A DNA stretch of 64,000 bases. Source: Myxococcota bacterium. GTDB lineage: Bacteria > Myxococcota_A > UBA9160 > SZUA-336. The notes beneath the pieces are model-generated. The model searched no databases. It saw only the letters and a program-made list of their open reading frames with translations, and was not told the DNA's origin. Positions 26,132 through 34,631 of this stretch are shown here, one piece after another. The stretch is from contig CBDFGR010000002.1 in assembly GCA_965247115.1 (NCBI GenBank), positions 1,120,001 to 1,184,000 on the forward strand, read 5' to 3'. Numbering within the stretch: the stretch's first letter is position 1; every line of letters begins with the position of its first letter. Made by a program: the position numbers and the translations under genes.

Positions 26132-26137
26132 TAAGCT
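26132..26137 (+). promoter_or_regulatory. Putative -10 element of a leaderless RLP transcript
   Basis: TAAGCT 7 nt before ATG 26145 with no SD; the same geometry recurs at many genes (see findings). Confidence 0.45.
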
Positions 26138-26144
26138 TCTGAGC

Positions 26145-27236
26145 ATGGAGCAGCTTCGCGCCATCTATCGCGCGCGGGTCCACGCGCACCATGTGGAGGA
26201 GCGGGCCGAGGCGCTGCTTCTCGAGCAAACGGTCGAGCTGCCGCGCTCTGCGGTCCGGGACCCGTTCGTGAAGCGCGAGATCCTGCCGACGGTGGAGACG
26301 ATCGATCCGGATCCGGAGGGGGGCTTTCGGATCGCGCTCGGCGTTCCGGTCGCCACAACTGCGCTCGATCCGGCCCAGCTCCTGAACGTGCTGTTCGGGA
26401 ACTCGTCCCTGCAGCCCGATCTCGAGCTGCTCGACGTCGAGCTTCCGGAGGCGCTACTCGGGATCCTCGGGGGACCGCGCTTCGGGCTGGCGGGTTTCCG
26501 CTCGGCAGCGGACGTTGCGACGGGACCCCTCACGTGCACGGCCCTCAAACCCATGGGGCTCTCCGCGGAGGCACTCGGCGAGCTGTGCGAGACCTTTGCT
26601 CGGGCCGGGATCGACGTGATCAAGGACGACCACGGGCTCGCGGACCACTCCTTCTGCCGCTTCGAGGATCGAGTGACGGCCTGCCAGGCCGCTGTCGAGA
26701 GGGCCGCCGATGCCACGGGCCGGCGCGCGCTCTACGTGCCGACCCTCACGGGCACCCCGGGGTCGATCCGCCGCCAGCTCGGCTTTGCCCGGGGCCGTGG
26801 GGTGGGCGGAATCCTCGTCTCCCCCATGCTGGTGGGGTTGCCGGTTCTCTCCGAGCTCGTCCGAGACGGCGCGGGGCTGCCGATCCTGGCCCACCCGGCA
26901 TTCGGCGGGGCCCTGCGGATTGCCCCTGAGACGCTGCTGGGCAAGCTGTTTCGCGCGTTTGGCGCGGACGCGGTCATCTACCCCAACTGGGGCGGACGCT
27001 TCAGCTACAGCGCCGAGACCTGCCGGCGACTTGCGGCGGCGCTCAGGGACCCGTGGCAGCCGCTGCTACCGGCCCTGCCCGTTCCCGCCGGCGGAATGGC
27101 ACTCGAGCGCATACCCGAGCTGGTGGATTTCTACGGGCCAGACGCGATGCTGTTAGTCGGCGGCAGCCTGTACGAGGCCGGCGACGCGCTGCTCGAGCGA
27201 AGCCGCAGCTTTGTCGAGAGGGTACGCGACGCATGA
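26145..27236 (+). CDS. RuBisCO-like protein (form IV), probable methylthioribulose-1-phosphate isomerase type
   Basis: EQTVE, LLNVLFGN, GPRFG, ALKPMG, IKDDHG, AHPAF, PAGGM; short 363-aa RLP. Confidence 0.88.
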   Translation: MEQLRAIYRARVHAHHVEERAEALLLEQTVELPRSAVRDPFVKREILPTVETIDPDPEGGFRIALGVPVATTALDPAQLLNVLFGNSSLQPDLELLDVELPEALLGILGGPRFGLAGFRSAADVATGPLTCTALKPMGLSAEALGELCETFARAGIDVIKDDHGLADHSFCRFEDRVTACQAAVERAADATGRRALYVPTLTGTPGSIRRQLGFARGRGVGGILVSPMLVGLPVLSELVRDGAGLPILAHPAFGGALRIAPETLLGKLFRAFGADAVIYPNWGGRFSYSAETCRRLAAALRDPWQPLLPALPVPAGGMALERIPELVDFYGPDAMLLVGGSLYEAGDALLERSRSFVERVRDA

Positions 27237-27676
27237 AGCCCGTGACCAGGTACCGCGGCGGCTTCCGCTGGGACGGCGTCCCCGTCCAGCCCTACAAGCC
27301 GGAGGGGACGCACTTCCGCGACATCACGCGGCAGCTGCTGGTCGGGCCGGACGCGGGCCTGGGCTGCGAGCTGCGCTACTTCGAGCTCGAGCCCGCTGGC
27401 CACTCCAGCCTGGAGCGGCACGAGCACCCCCACGCCGTCGTGGTCGTGCGCGGAGAGGGTGGCGTGCTCGTCGGAAGCGAGGTCTTCACGATTCGACCCT
27501 TCGACCTGGTCCGGGTGCCCCCCGGAAGCTGGCACCAGTTCCGGGCCTCGGACGCGGTCGAGCTCGGCTTCCTGTGTCTGGTCGACGCCGAGCGCGATCG
27601 GCCGGCCCGACCGACGGAGGCCGAGCTCGTGGCGCTGCGCACAGACCCGGAGGTCGCGGCTTTCGTCCGGACCTGA
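27233..27676 (+). CDS. Cupin, probable methylthioxylulose-5-phosphate methylsulfurylase type
   Basis: FRWDGV...YK...RQ, LRYFE, SLERHEHPH, WHQFRA, GFLCLVDAERDRP; ATGA overlap with the RLP. Confidence 0.8.
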   Translation: MKPVTRYRGGFRWDGVPVQPYKPEGTHFRDITRQLLVGPDAGLGCELRYFELEPAGHSSLERHEHPHAVVVVRGEGGVLVGSEVFTIRPFDLVRVPPGSWHQFRASDAVELGFLCLVDAERDRPARPTEAELVALRTDPEVAAFVRT

Positions 27677-27703
27677 GAAACTCCTCGGAACGAGGAGGAC
27701 ACG

Positions 27704-28537
27704 ATGGCCTACGACTACGAGCTGGTTCGGGTGTCGGTACAAGACGGTGTGGCGGTCGCCACGATCGACAACCCGCCCATCAACCTGATGACGACCGCCC
27801 TCTTCGGCGACCTGCGGCACCTGGCCGAGGAGATCGAGGCCGACGAGGCGGTCCGGGTGGTGCTGCTGCGCAGCGCGAACCCGGATTTCTTCATCGCTCA
27901 CTTCGACGTAGAGGCGCTCATCGCCACTCCCATCGACACCCAGCCGCGGCGGGAGGAGCAGCTCAACGCGTTTCACCGCATGTGCGAGCGCTTCCGCTGC
28001 ATGCCAAAGGCGACGATCGCGCAGATCGAGGGACGCGTCGGGGGAGGGGGCAGCGAGCTCGCCTCTTCCTGCGACATGCGCTTCGGCGTCCGGGGCAAGA
28101 CCGTGGTCAACCAGATGGAGGTCCCGCTCGGGATCCTGCCGGGCGGGACCGGCACGCAGCGGCTGCCCCGTCTGCTCGGCCGCGGGCGCGCGCTCGAGGT
28201 CATCCTGGCCGGCGACGATCTGGACGCCGAGACCGCGGAGCGCTGGGGCTACCTGAACCGCGCCTTTCCGGCGGACGAGATCGGGCCGTTCGTGGACCGC
28301 CTGGCGCGCCGGATCGCCTCGTTTCCCGCAGACGCCGTCGGCGCCGCGAAGGCCTGCGTGGCCGCTGCGGAGAAGCCGCTCGAGGAGGGCCTGCTCGACG
28401 AGTCCTACCTGTTCCAGACCGTGCTGCGCAGCCCGGGCGCGCAGGAGAACATGCGACGCTTTCTCAAGCTCGGCGGCCAGACCGCCGAGGGGGAGCTTCG
28501 CATGGGGGACTTGTGCGAGGAGCTCGGACGGGGATGA
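27704..28537 (+). CDS. Enoyl-CoA hydratase/isomerase family
   Basis: DNPPINL, GGGSEL...CDMR, PGGTGTQRL; GAGGAGG RBS. Confidence 0.92.
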   Translation: MAYDYELVRVSVQDGVAVATIDNPPINLMTTALFGDLRHLAEEIEADEAVRVVLLRSANPDFFIAHFDVEALIATPIDTQPRREEQLNAFHRMCERFRCMPKATIAQIEGRVGGGGSELASSCDMRFGVRGKTVVNQMEVPLGILPGGTGTQRLPRLLGRGRALEVILAGDDLDAETAERWGYLNRAFPADEIGPFVDRLARRIASFPADAVGAAKACVAAAEKPLEEGLLDESYLFQTVLRSPGAQENMRRFLKLGGQTAEGELRMGDLCEELGRG

Positions 28538-29457
28538 CTCGACCGGTCCGCAGACCCCCCGCGGGTCGGCCGAGGGCACCGCGACCACGCGGCGCTCTCG
28601 CGCGCAAGCCGACGGCCCTCGATCGGCTCGTCGGCCGGGCGCTGGAGGCCCTGTACAACTGCCTCTACCCGCGCCTGGTGGGGCGCTGGCTCCGGCAGCG
28701 CCTGGAGCGTCAGCTGCGCCTCGAGCAGAGCTCCGTGGAGCTCGACCGCTGTGCGGGCGCGCTCGCGGATCTCCGGATCGCGCACCTCTCGGATCTGCAC
28801 GCCGGCCACTTCATGAGCGAGGCGGACCTGTCCCGGATCTTCGAGCAGGTCGCCAGCGAGGAGCCCGACCTCGTGCTCCTGGGTGGGGATCTGATCGAGC
28901 GCAACGCGGCTGAGATCCTGCTGCTCGGCAAGGCGCTCGCCCAGCTTCGCCCGCCACTCGGGATCTTCGCCGTGCCGGGCAACCACGAGTACAGCGCGGA
29001 GGCCGACCTCATGCTCTGGCGCAGCTTCCTGCAGGAGCACGGCGTCGAGCTCCTGCTGAATCGTGGGCTGCGCCTGGAGCGCAACGGCAAGAGCCTGTGG
29101 CTGGCAGGCGTCGACGACCTGACACACGGAGAGCCCGATCTCGCCGCGGCCCTCGCCGGAGCCAGGGAAGACGAGCCCATCGTGCTGCTCTCCCACCACC
29201 CGGACATGTTCCGCGAGGCCGCCTGGGTGGGTGTCGATCTGACGCTCTCCGGGCACACGCACGGTGGACAGATCACGTTCTACGGCAAGACGCCGCTACG
29301 ACAGACGCGCCTCGGCTACTGGCGCGGGCACTTCGACGTGGACGGCGCCCGACTCTACGTGAGCCGGGGGGCGGGAACGACCCATCTCCCGCTGCGGATT
29401 CAGGCGCCGGGCGAGGTTTCCCTGATCCGTCTGCGTCCTACGCGTCGAACTGAATGA
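28534..29457 (+). CDS. Metallophosphoesterase (YkuE/YaeI-like)
   Basis: SDLH, GGDL, GNHE, LSHHPD, SGHTHGGQ, VSRG. Confidence 0.9.
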   Translation: MTRPVRRPPAGRPRAPRPRGALARKPTALDRLVGRALEALYNCLYPRLVGRWLRQRLERQLRLEQSSVELDRCAGALADLRIAHLSDLHAGHFMSEADLSRIFEQVASEEPDLVLLGGDLIERNAAEILLLGKALAQLRPPLGIFAVPGNHEYSAEADLMLWRSFLQEHGVELLLNRGLRLERNGKSLWLAGVDDLTHGEPDLAAALAGAREDEPIVLLSHHPDMFREAAWVGVDLTLSGHTHGGQITFYGKTPLRQTRLGYWRGHFDVDGARLYVSRGAGTTHLPLRIQAPGEVSLIRLRPTRRTE

Positions 29458-30523
29458 CGCTGCGGGCCACCTCGCCCCGAGCCAGCTGCTCGAAGCCCCG
29501 ATTGATGTCCTCGAGCTTCAGATGCTGGGAGATCAGGTCGTCGAGGTTGAGCTTGCCGGAGAGGTAGAAGTCCACATACTTCGGCATGTCGCTGCGGAAG
29601 CGGTTCGACCCCATGTTGGAGCCCTGGATCTTCTTCTCGGCCAGAAACTCGACGCCGTCGAGCTCGACCTTGGTACCGATCGGGATCATCCCGATCACCG
29701 TCGCCGTGCCGCCCCGCTTCAGCATGCGGAAGGCCTGCTCTGCGGCGATCTTGAGGCCGATCGCCTCGAATGCGTAGTCGACACCCCCCTGTGTCAGGTC
29801 GAGCACGGCCTCAACGGGGTCCGCGGAGCTCGCGTTCACCACGTCGGTCGCGCCGAACTTGCGGGACAGCTCGAGCTTCGGCTCGAGCGTGTCGACAGCG
29901 ATAATTCGCCCGGCGCCAGCGATGTGCGCGCCCTGGATCGCACTCAGCCCGACACCGCCGCAGCCGATCACCGCCACCGTGCTCCCGACCTCGATCTTCG
30001 CGGTGATGAACACGGCGCCCATTCCCGTCGTCACCCCGCAGCCGATCAGCGCGGCCTTGTCGAGCGGCATGTCCTTGCGGATCTTCACGATGGCGTGCTC
30101 GTGCACGAGCATCTGCTCGGCGAAGGACGACAGGTCCAGGAACTGGTTCACGACCTCGTCGCCCTTCGAGAGGCGCGGCGCCTGGTCAGGGGCGCGCCGG
30201 GTCTCTTGCTTGCTGCACAGCGAGGGGCGCCCGCCAAGGCAGTACTCGCAGTGTCCGCAGAAGACGGAGAGGCACGTGATGACGTGGTCTCCCTTCTCCA
30301 CGTAGCGAACTTCGGAGCCGACTTCCTCGACGATCCCCGCCGACTCGTGGCCCAGCACCGCGGGCATGGGGTACTGGTAGGCGCCGCTGTGAAAGTGGAG
30401 ATCGCTGTGGCAGATACCGGCGTGAGCGGTGCGGATGAGCACCTCGTGGGGGCTGGGCTTGGCGATGTCGATGGTCTCTATCTCGAGGGGCACGTTGATG
30501 CCCCGAAGGACTGCAGCTCTCAT
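29438..30523 (-). CDS. Zn-dependent alcohol dehydrogenase (class III-like)
   Basis: CHSD, GHE, structural Zn CxxCxxC...C, GCGVTTG, GCGGVG. Confidence 0.93.
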   Translation of the reverse strand: MRAAVLRGINVPLEIETIDIAKPSPHEVLIRTAHAGICHSDLHFHSGAYQYPMPAVLGHESAGIVEEVGSEVRYVEKGDHVITCLSVFCGHCEYCLGGRPSLCSKQETRRAPDQAPRLSKGDEVVNQFLDLSSFAEQMLVHEHAIVKIRKDMPLDKAALIGCGVTTGMGAVFITAKIEVGSTVAVIGCGGVGLSAIQGAHIAGAGRIIAVDTLEPKLELSRKFGATDVVNASSADPVEAVLDLTQGGVDYAFEAIGLKIAAEQAFRMLKRGGTATVIGMIPIGTKVELDGVEFLAEKKIQGSNMGSNRFRSDMPKYVDFYLSGKLNLDDLISQHLKLEDINRGFEQLARGEVARSVIQFDA

Positions 30524-30577
30524 GACGGGCATTCTACCCGACGTGTACAATCGCGGAGTGGGTGAGGGAGGCGCTCG

Positions 30578-31183
30578 GTGAACCAGGACGTGCTGGCGAC
30601 GCTGCAAGACGAGATGCGCGAGTGCCGACGCTGCAGCGACGCCGGCTTTCCGATCGTGCCCGGCGCGATCCTGTCAGGGGAGGCGAGCGCGAAGATCCTG
30701 CTGGTGGGCCAGGCACCTGGCGCCACAGAGGTGGCGACGAACCGTCCGTTCGACGGTCCAGCCGGTCGGCGACTCTTTCGCTGGCTCGAGCGCGCCGGCT
30801 TCGCGGAGGACGAGTTTCGCAAGCGCCACTACATCGCCGCGGTCACGCGCTGCTATCCCGGCAGACGCGAATCCGGCCGCGGGGACCGATCCCCCAGCCG
30901 CGAAGAGCAGGCTCTGTGCAGACCCTATCTCGACAGGGAGCTGGAGCTCATCGCCCCCGAACTCATCATCCCGGTCGGTCGGCTGGCCATTCGCGCGTTC
31001 CTCGGGGCGAAGGCGCTGAACGAGGTCGTCGGCAGCGTGACCCAGGATCCCGAGGGGTGCTGGATCGTGCCCCTTCCCCACCCGTCCGGCGCGAGTCGCT
31101 GGTTCAATGCCCCGGAGAACGCTGCGCACGTGGACCGCGCGCTCCGCCATCTGGCGCGGCTGCGACGGCAACTCGGCCTCTAG
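30578..31183 (+). CDS. Uracil-DNA glycosylase (Fe-S, family 4/5-like)
   Basis: CRRC, VGQAPG, RCYP, HPS motifs. Confidence 0.87.
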   Translation: MNQDVLATLQDEMRECRRCSDAGFPIVPGAILSGEASAKILLVGQAPGATEVATNRPFDGPAGRRLFRWLERAGFAEDEFRKRHYIAAVTRCYPGRRESGRGDRSPSREEQALCRPYLDRELELIAPELIIPVGRLAIRAFLGAKALNEVVGSVTQDPEGCWIVPLPHPSGASRWFNAPENAAHVDRALRHLARLRRQLGL

Positions 31184-31196
31184 TACACTCGCGCGC

Positions 31197-32081
31197 GTGC
31201 AGCTGGACGTGGTGCGGAGCCGGGTAGAGCTCCCCGAGCGGGGCGTGGAGCTCGGCATTCTGGACTTTGGCGGTGACGGCCCCCTGGCCCTGTTCGCCCA
31301 CGCGAACGGATTCTGCGCCGGCATCTACGGGCTTCTGGCCGAGTCGCTCCGCGAGCAGTTCCGGGTCGTCGCCTTCGACGCGCGCGGACACGGCGACTCC
31401 TCCAAGCCGCCGCTCGACGCGTACGACTGGGGCGAGTTCGCCCTGGATCTGCTCGCGCTGGTGGAACGCCTCTGTAAAGAGCTGGGCTACGCGCGCGCGG
31501 ACTACGGCATCGGCCACTCCTTCGGGGGTACCGCCACGCTGACGGCGGCGGCGGAGCGACCGGACCTGTTCGGACGCGTCGCTCTGCTGGACCCGGTCGT
31601 CATGCCACCGGTAGAGGAGCGTCCCCCGAACCTGTCAGAACGCCGCAACATCATGGCGGACATCGCCCGGAACCGGCGACGGGTCTGGTCGTCACGAGAC
31701 GAGCTGCGTGAGAGCTGGGGCGCACGTGAGGCCTTCGCGGAGTGGGATCGCCGCGTCCTCGACTTGTACATCGACGAGGGATTCCGCGATCGGGAGGACG
31801 GTCAGGTGGAGCTCAAGTGTTCCGGTGAGATCGAGGCCACGATCTTCGAGGCGAGCCCCCATTTCGACCTGTTCGCGCGCACAAAGAGAGAGGTGCCTAC
31901 TCCCGGACTCCTGCTGAGCGGCGGTGAGGGACATCTGCCGGCAGCGCTGCACAAACGCCTGGCCGAGAGCATCCCGAGCCTGGAGATCGAGACGATTCCC
32001 TCGGGTCACCTGATGCCTATGACCGACCCCGACCTCGTTGCGGAGCGGGTGCTGGCCTTCGCCGCCAGGACTCCGCTCTAG
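31197..32081 (+). CDS. Alpha/beta hydrolase
   Basis: HANGF, DARGHG, GHSFGG, C-terminal GH. Confidence 0.88.
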   Translation: MQLDVVRSRVELPERGVELGILDFGGDGPLALFAHANGFCAGIYGLLAESLREQFRVVAFDARGHGDSSKPPLDAYDWGEFALDLLALVERLCKELGYARADYGIGHSFGGTATLTAAAERPDLFGRVALLDPVVMPPVEERPPNLSERRNIMADIARNRRRVWSSRDELRESWGAREAFAEWDRRVLDLYIDEGFRDREDGQVELKCSGEIEATIFEASPHFDLFARTKREVPTPGLLLSGGEGHLPAALHKRLAESIPSLEIETIPSGHLMPMTDPDLVAERVLAFAARTPL

Positions 32082-32090
32082 AACGACGGT

Positions 32091-32300
32091 CTAGAACAGC
32101 GTGTAGATGAAGGGCGCGGCGGCCGTCCCGCCAAGCAGCACGAGCGCGCCGAACAGCAGCAGGCACACGATGATCGGGGTGAGCCACCACTTCTTGCTGT
32201 CCTTGAGGAAGTCCCAGAACTCCCTCATCAAGCTCGAACGGCTCTCCGCCGCAGCCTGATCCACGAAGTCCTTCGCGCCGTCTGTCTGCTTCTCGTCCAC
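32091..32300 (-). CDS. SxtK-like (DUF5989) small membrane protein
   Basis: EFWDFLKDSKKWWLTPII...AAPFIYTLF. Confidence 0.88.
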   Translation of the reverse strand: MDEKQTDGAKDFVDQAAAESRSSLMREFWDFLKDSKKWWLTPIIVCLLLFGALVLLGGTAAAPFIYTLF

Positions 32301-32309
32301 TCGCCTGCC

Positions 32310-32756
32310 TCAGAACTGCTTGAAGTAGCTCTCCTTGGAGCGCGGCGGTCGCGCATCGACCCAGTAGCTCGACTCGCCCCTCAGGAAGCGCCGGTCCATC
32401 GGATCGCGACCGGTCAGGCGCAGGAGCAGCCCGACGGGCGTGATCACCAGGTAGAAGAGGCCGCCCAGTATCACATACGACAGCACGAAACCGATCGGGA
32501 GCGCGATCAGCGTGAGCGCAACGTAGAGCGGCCGGTTCGCCGCCGGCGCCAGCACCGCGAGCAGCGCCGACAGCAGGCCGATCCCACCGAGCGTCGCCGC
32601 GACCCAGGTGCGGGCCTCCCCCAGACCGAGCGCGAAGATCGCGGTCTCGAGCCAGGCGAGCAGCGCCAGCAGCCCGAAGCCCACCAGGGCGATGAACCCG
32701 AACTGGCGCAGCGTGCGCCGATCTGGACGGAGGTCAATGTCGATCAGCTTGCTCAT
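32310..32756 (-). CDS. SxtJ-family membrane protein
   Basis: LRQFG, PIGFV, FYLVITPVG, RDPM, SYW, KQF. Confidence 0.88.
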   Translation of the reverse strand: MSKLIDIDLRPDRRTLRQFGFIALVGFGLLALLAWLETAIFALGLGEARTWVAATLGGIGLLSALLAVLAPAANRPLYVALTLIALPIGFVLSYVILGGLFYLVITPVGLLLRLTGRDPMDRRFLRGESSYWVDARPPRSKESYFKQF

Positions 32757-32759
32757 GGA

Positions 32760-34589
32760 CTAGTCGAGCTCGAACTCGGCCAGGTAGGCCTGCCGGTCGA
32801 TCTCGCCCGCCTCTGGCTGGTCGGCCTTCCGGAGCAGCACGTTCTCGATCACGAGCGCGTCCATGTCGGTGGCCATGAAGCAGCGATACGCGTCCTCGGG
32901 CGTGCAGACGATCGGCTCGCCCCGGACATTGAAGCTGGTGTTGATGACGATGGGGGTCCCGGTCTTCTGCTTGAAGGCGCGCAGGATCCGCGTGAAGCGG
33001 GGGAAGCGCTCCGGATCAACAGTCTGCACGCGCGCGGAGTAGTCCACGTGCGTGATGGCGGGCACGACGGATCGCACCTTGTGCACACGGTCGAGTCCGC
33101 CCGTCGGAGCTCCGTCTGACGGCTCCCTCTTGTCCTCGCGCACCGGCGCCACGATGAGCATGTAGGGGCTGTCTTCCTCCGGCCGCACCTCGAAGTAGCG
33201 GTCCACGTCCTCGCGCAGCACTGCGGGCGCGAACGGGCGGAACGACTCGCGGAACTTGATCTTGAGGTTCATCACGGACTGCATCTCGGGCGAGCGCGCA
33301 TCTCCGAGGATCGAGCGACTCCCGAGCGCGCGGGGCCCAAACTCCATCCGGCCCTCCATGTGGCCCACGACGTGCCCGCTCGCAATCAGCTCCGCGATCT
33401 CGTCTACGAGCTTGTCCTCGTCGTCCATGACCCGGTACACGGCCCCGGCGGCGTCGAGCAAGGCCCGTACCTCGTCCGAGCTGTAGCGCGGGCCGAGCAG
33501 CGAGCCCTGCTGTATGTCTCGACCTCGGTTGTCCCGCGCGTGCTCGAGCAGTTGGTGCCAGACGAACAGGGCCGCGCCGAGCGCACCGCCCGCGTCGCCC
33601 GCGGCGGGCTGGATCCAGACCCGCTCGAACGCAGACTCGCGCAGGATGCGGCCGTTTCCCACACAGTTGAGTGCCACCCCGCCCGCCAGCGCGAGGTTGG
33701 GGGAGCCCGTGAGCTCATGAGCGTAGTGAGCGACGCGCAGCATGATCTCTTCGGTCACGGCCTGGATCGAGGCGGCGAGGTCCATTTCGCGCTGCGTGAT
33801 CGGCGACTCGGGCGCGCGGGGCGGTCCGTCGAGGAGGCGCTCCAGCTTCCGCGACGTCATCACGTCCCGGTGCGTGTACGCGAAGTAGGACATGTCCATC
33901 CGGAACGAGCCGTCCGGCTTCAGGTCCAGGAGCTTCTCCAGGATGAGATCGCGGTAGATCGGCTCGCCGTACGGAGCCAACCCCATCAGCTTGTACTCGC
34001 CGCTGTTCACCTTGAAGCCGGTGAAGTACGTGAAGGCGGAGTACAGCAAGCCCAGCGAATGAGGAAAGCGCAGCTCCTTCCGCATGCGGAGCTCGTTGCC
34101 GCGTCCTACCGAGATGCTGCCGGTCGTCCACTCTCCCACGCCGTCGAGCGTCACGACGGCTGCCTCGTCGAAGGGAGACGGGAAGAAGGCGCTGGCCGCG
34201 TGGGACTCATGGTGCTCCAGGAAGACGTAGCGGCGCGAGTAGCGGCCCCCGAGCTCGCGGTCGAGCTCGCGCGGCGTGTACAGCTTCTGCTTGAGCCAGA
34301 GCGGGAGCCCCAGCAGGAACAGCTTCAGGCCGACGGGCGCGAAGGACGCGTAGGTCTCCAGGATGCGGTCGAATTTGAGCAGCGGCTTGTCGTAGAACGC
34401 GACGAAGTCGAGCCCTTCGGGGCTGAGCCCGCCCTCGGCCAGGCAGTAGTCGACGGCATGGCGCGGGAACCCCGGGTCGTGCTTCCGGCGAGTGAAGCGC
34501 TCCTCCTGAGCCGCGGCGACGATCTCCCCGTCGACCACCAGACAGGCAGCGCTGTCGTGGTAGTACGCAGAGATACCCAGGATATTCAC
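32760..34589 (-). CDS. O-carbamoyltransferase (NodU/CmcH/SxtI family)
   Basis: GISAYYHDSAA, EERFTR.KH, HHESHAASAF, DGVGE, GEYKLMGLAPYG, EFGPRALG, FRESFRPFAP, NTSFN. Confidence 0.96.
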   Translation of the reverse strand: MNILGISAYYHDSAACLVVDGEIVAAAQEERFTRRKHDPGFPRHAVDYCLAEGGLSPEGLDFVAFYDKPLLKFDRILETYASFAPVGLKLFLLGLPLWLKQKLYTPRELDRELGGRYSRRYVFLEHHESHAASAFFPSPFDEAAVVTLDGVGEWTTGSISVGRGNELRMRKELRFPHSLGLLYSAFTYFTGFKVNSGEYKLMGLAPYGEPIYRDLILEKLLDLKPDGSFRMDMSYFAYTHRDVMTSRKLERLLDGPPRAPESPITQREMDLAASIQAVTEEIMLRVAHYAHELTGSPNLALAGGVALNCVGNGRILRESAFERVWIQPAAGDAGGALGAALFVWHQLLEHARDNRGRDIQQGSLLGPRYSSDEVRALLDAAGAVYRVMDDEDKLVDEIAELIASGHVVGHMEGRMEFGPRALGSRSILGDARSPEMQSVMNLKIKFRESFRPFAPAVLREDVDRYFEVRPEEDSPYMLIVAPVREDKREPSDGAPTGGLDRVHKVRSVVPAITHVDYSARVQTVDPERFPRFTRILRAFKQKTGTPIVINTSFNVRGEPIVCTPEDAYRCFMATDMDALVIENVLLRKADQPEAGEIDRQAYLAEFELD

Positions 34590-34631
34590 CCATGGACTGT
34601 AGCACGGCGCAGAAGTAGGCTCTGCGCGCCC

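Noticed and set aside
26145..27236. Carbon-fixing RuBisCO
   Set aside because: Short form IV sequence with KDDH rather than the GxDFxKDDE context; no small subunit or phosphoribulokinase.
27211..29457. 748-aa ORF, and similar long N-terminal extensions at 33360, 37931, 54902, 55297 and 58903
   Set aside because: These are stop-poor GC-rich frames running over real genes; only the C-terminal parts carry recognisable domains.
32091..34589. Saxitoxin biosynthesis
   Set aside because: Only sxtI/J/K-like genes are present; there is no sxtA, sxtG or other core gene, and the triad is widespread.
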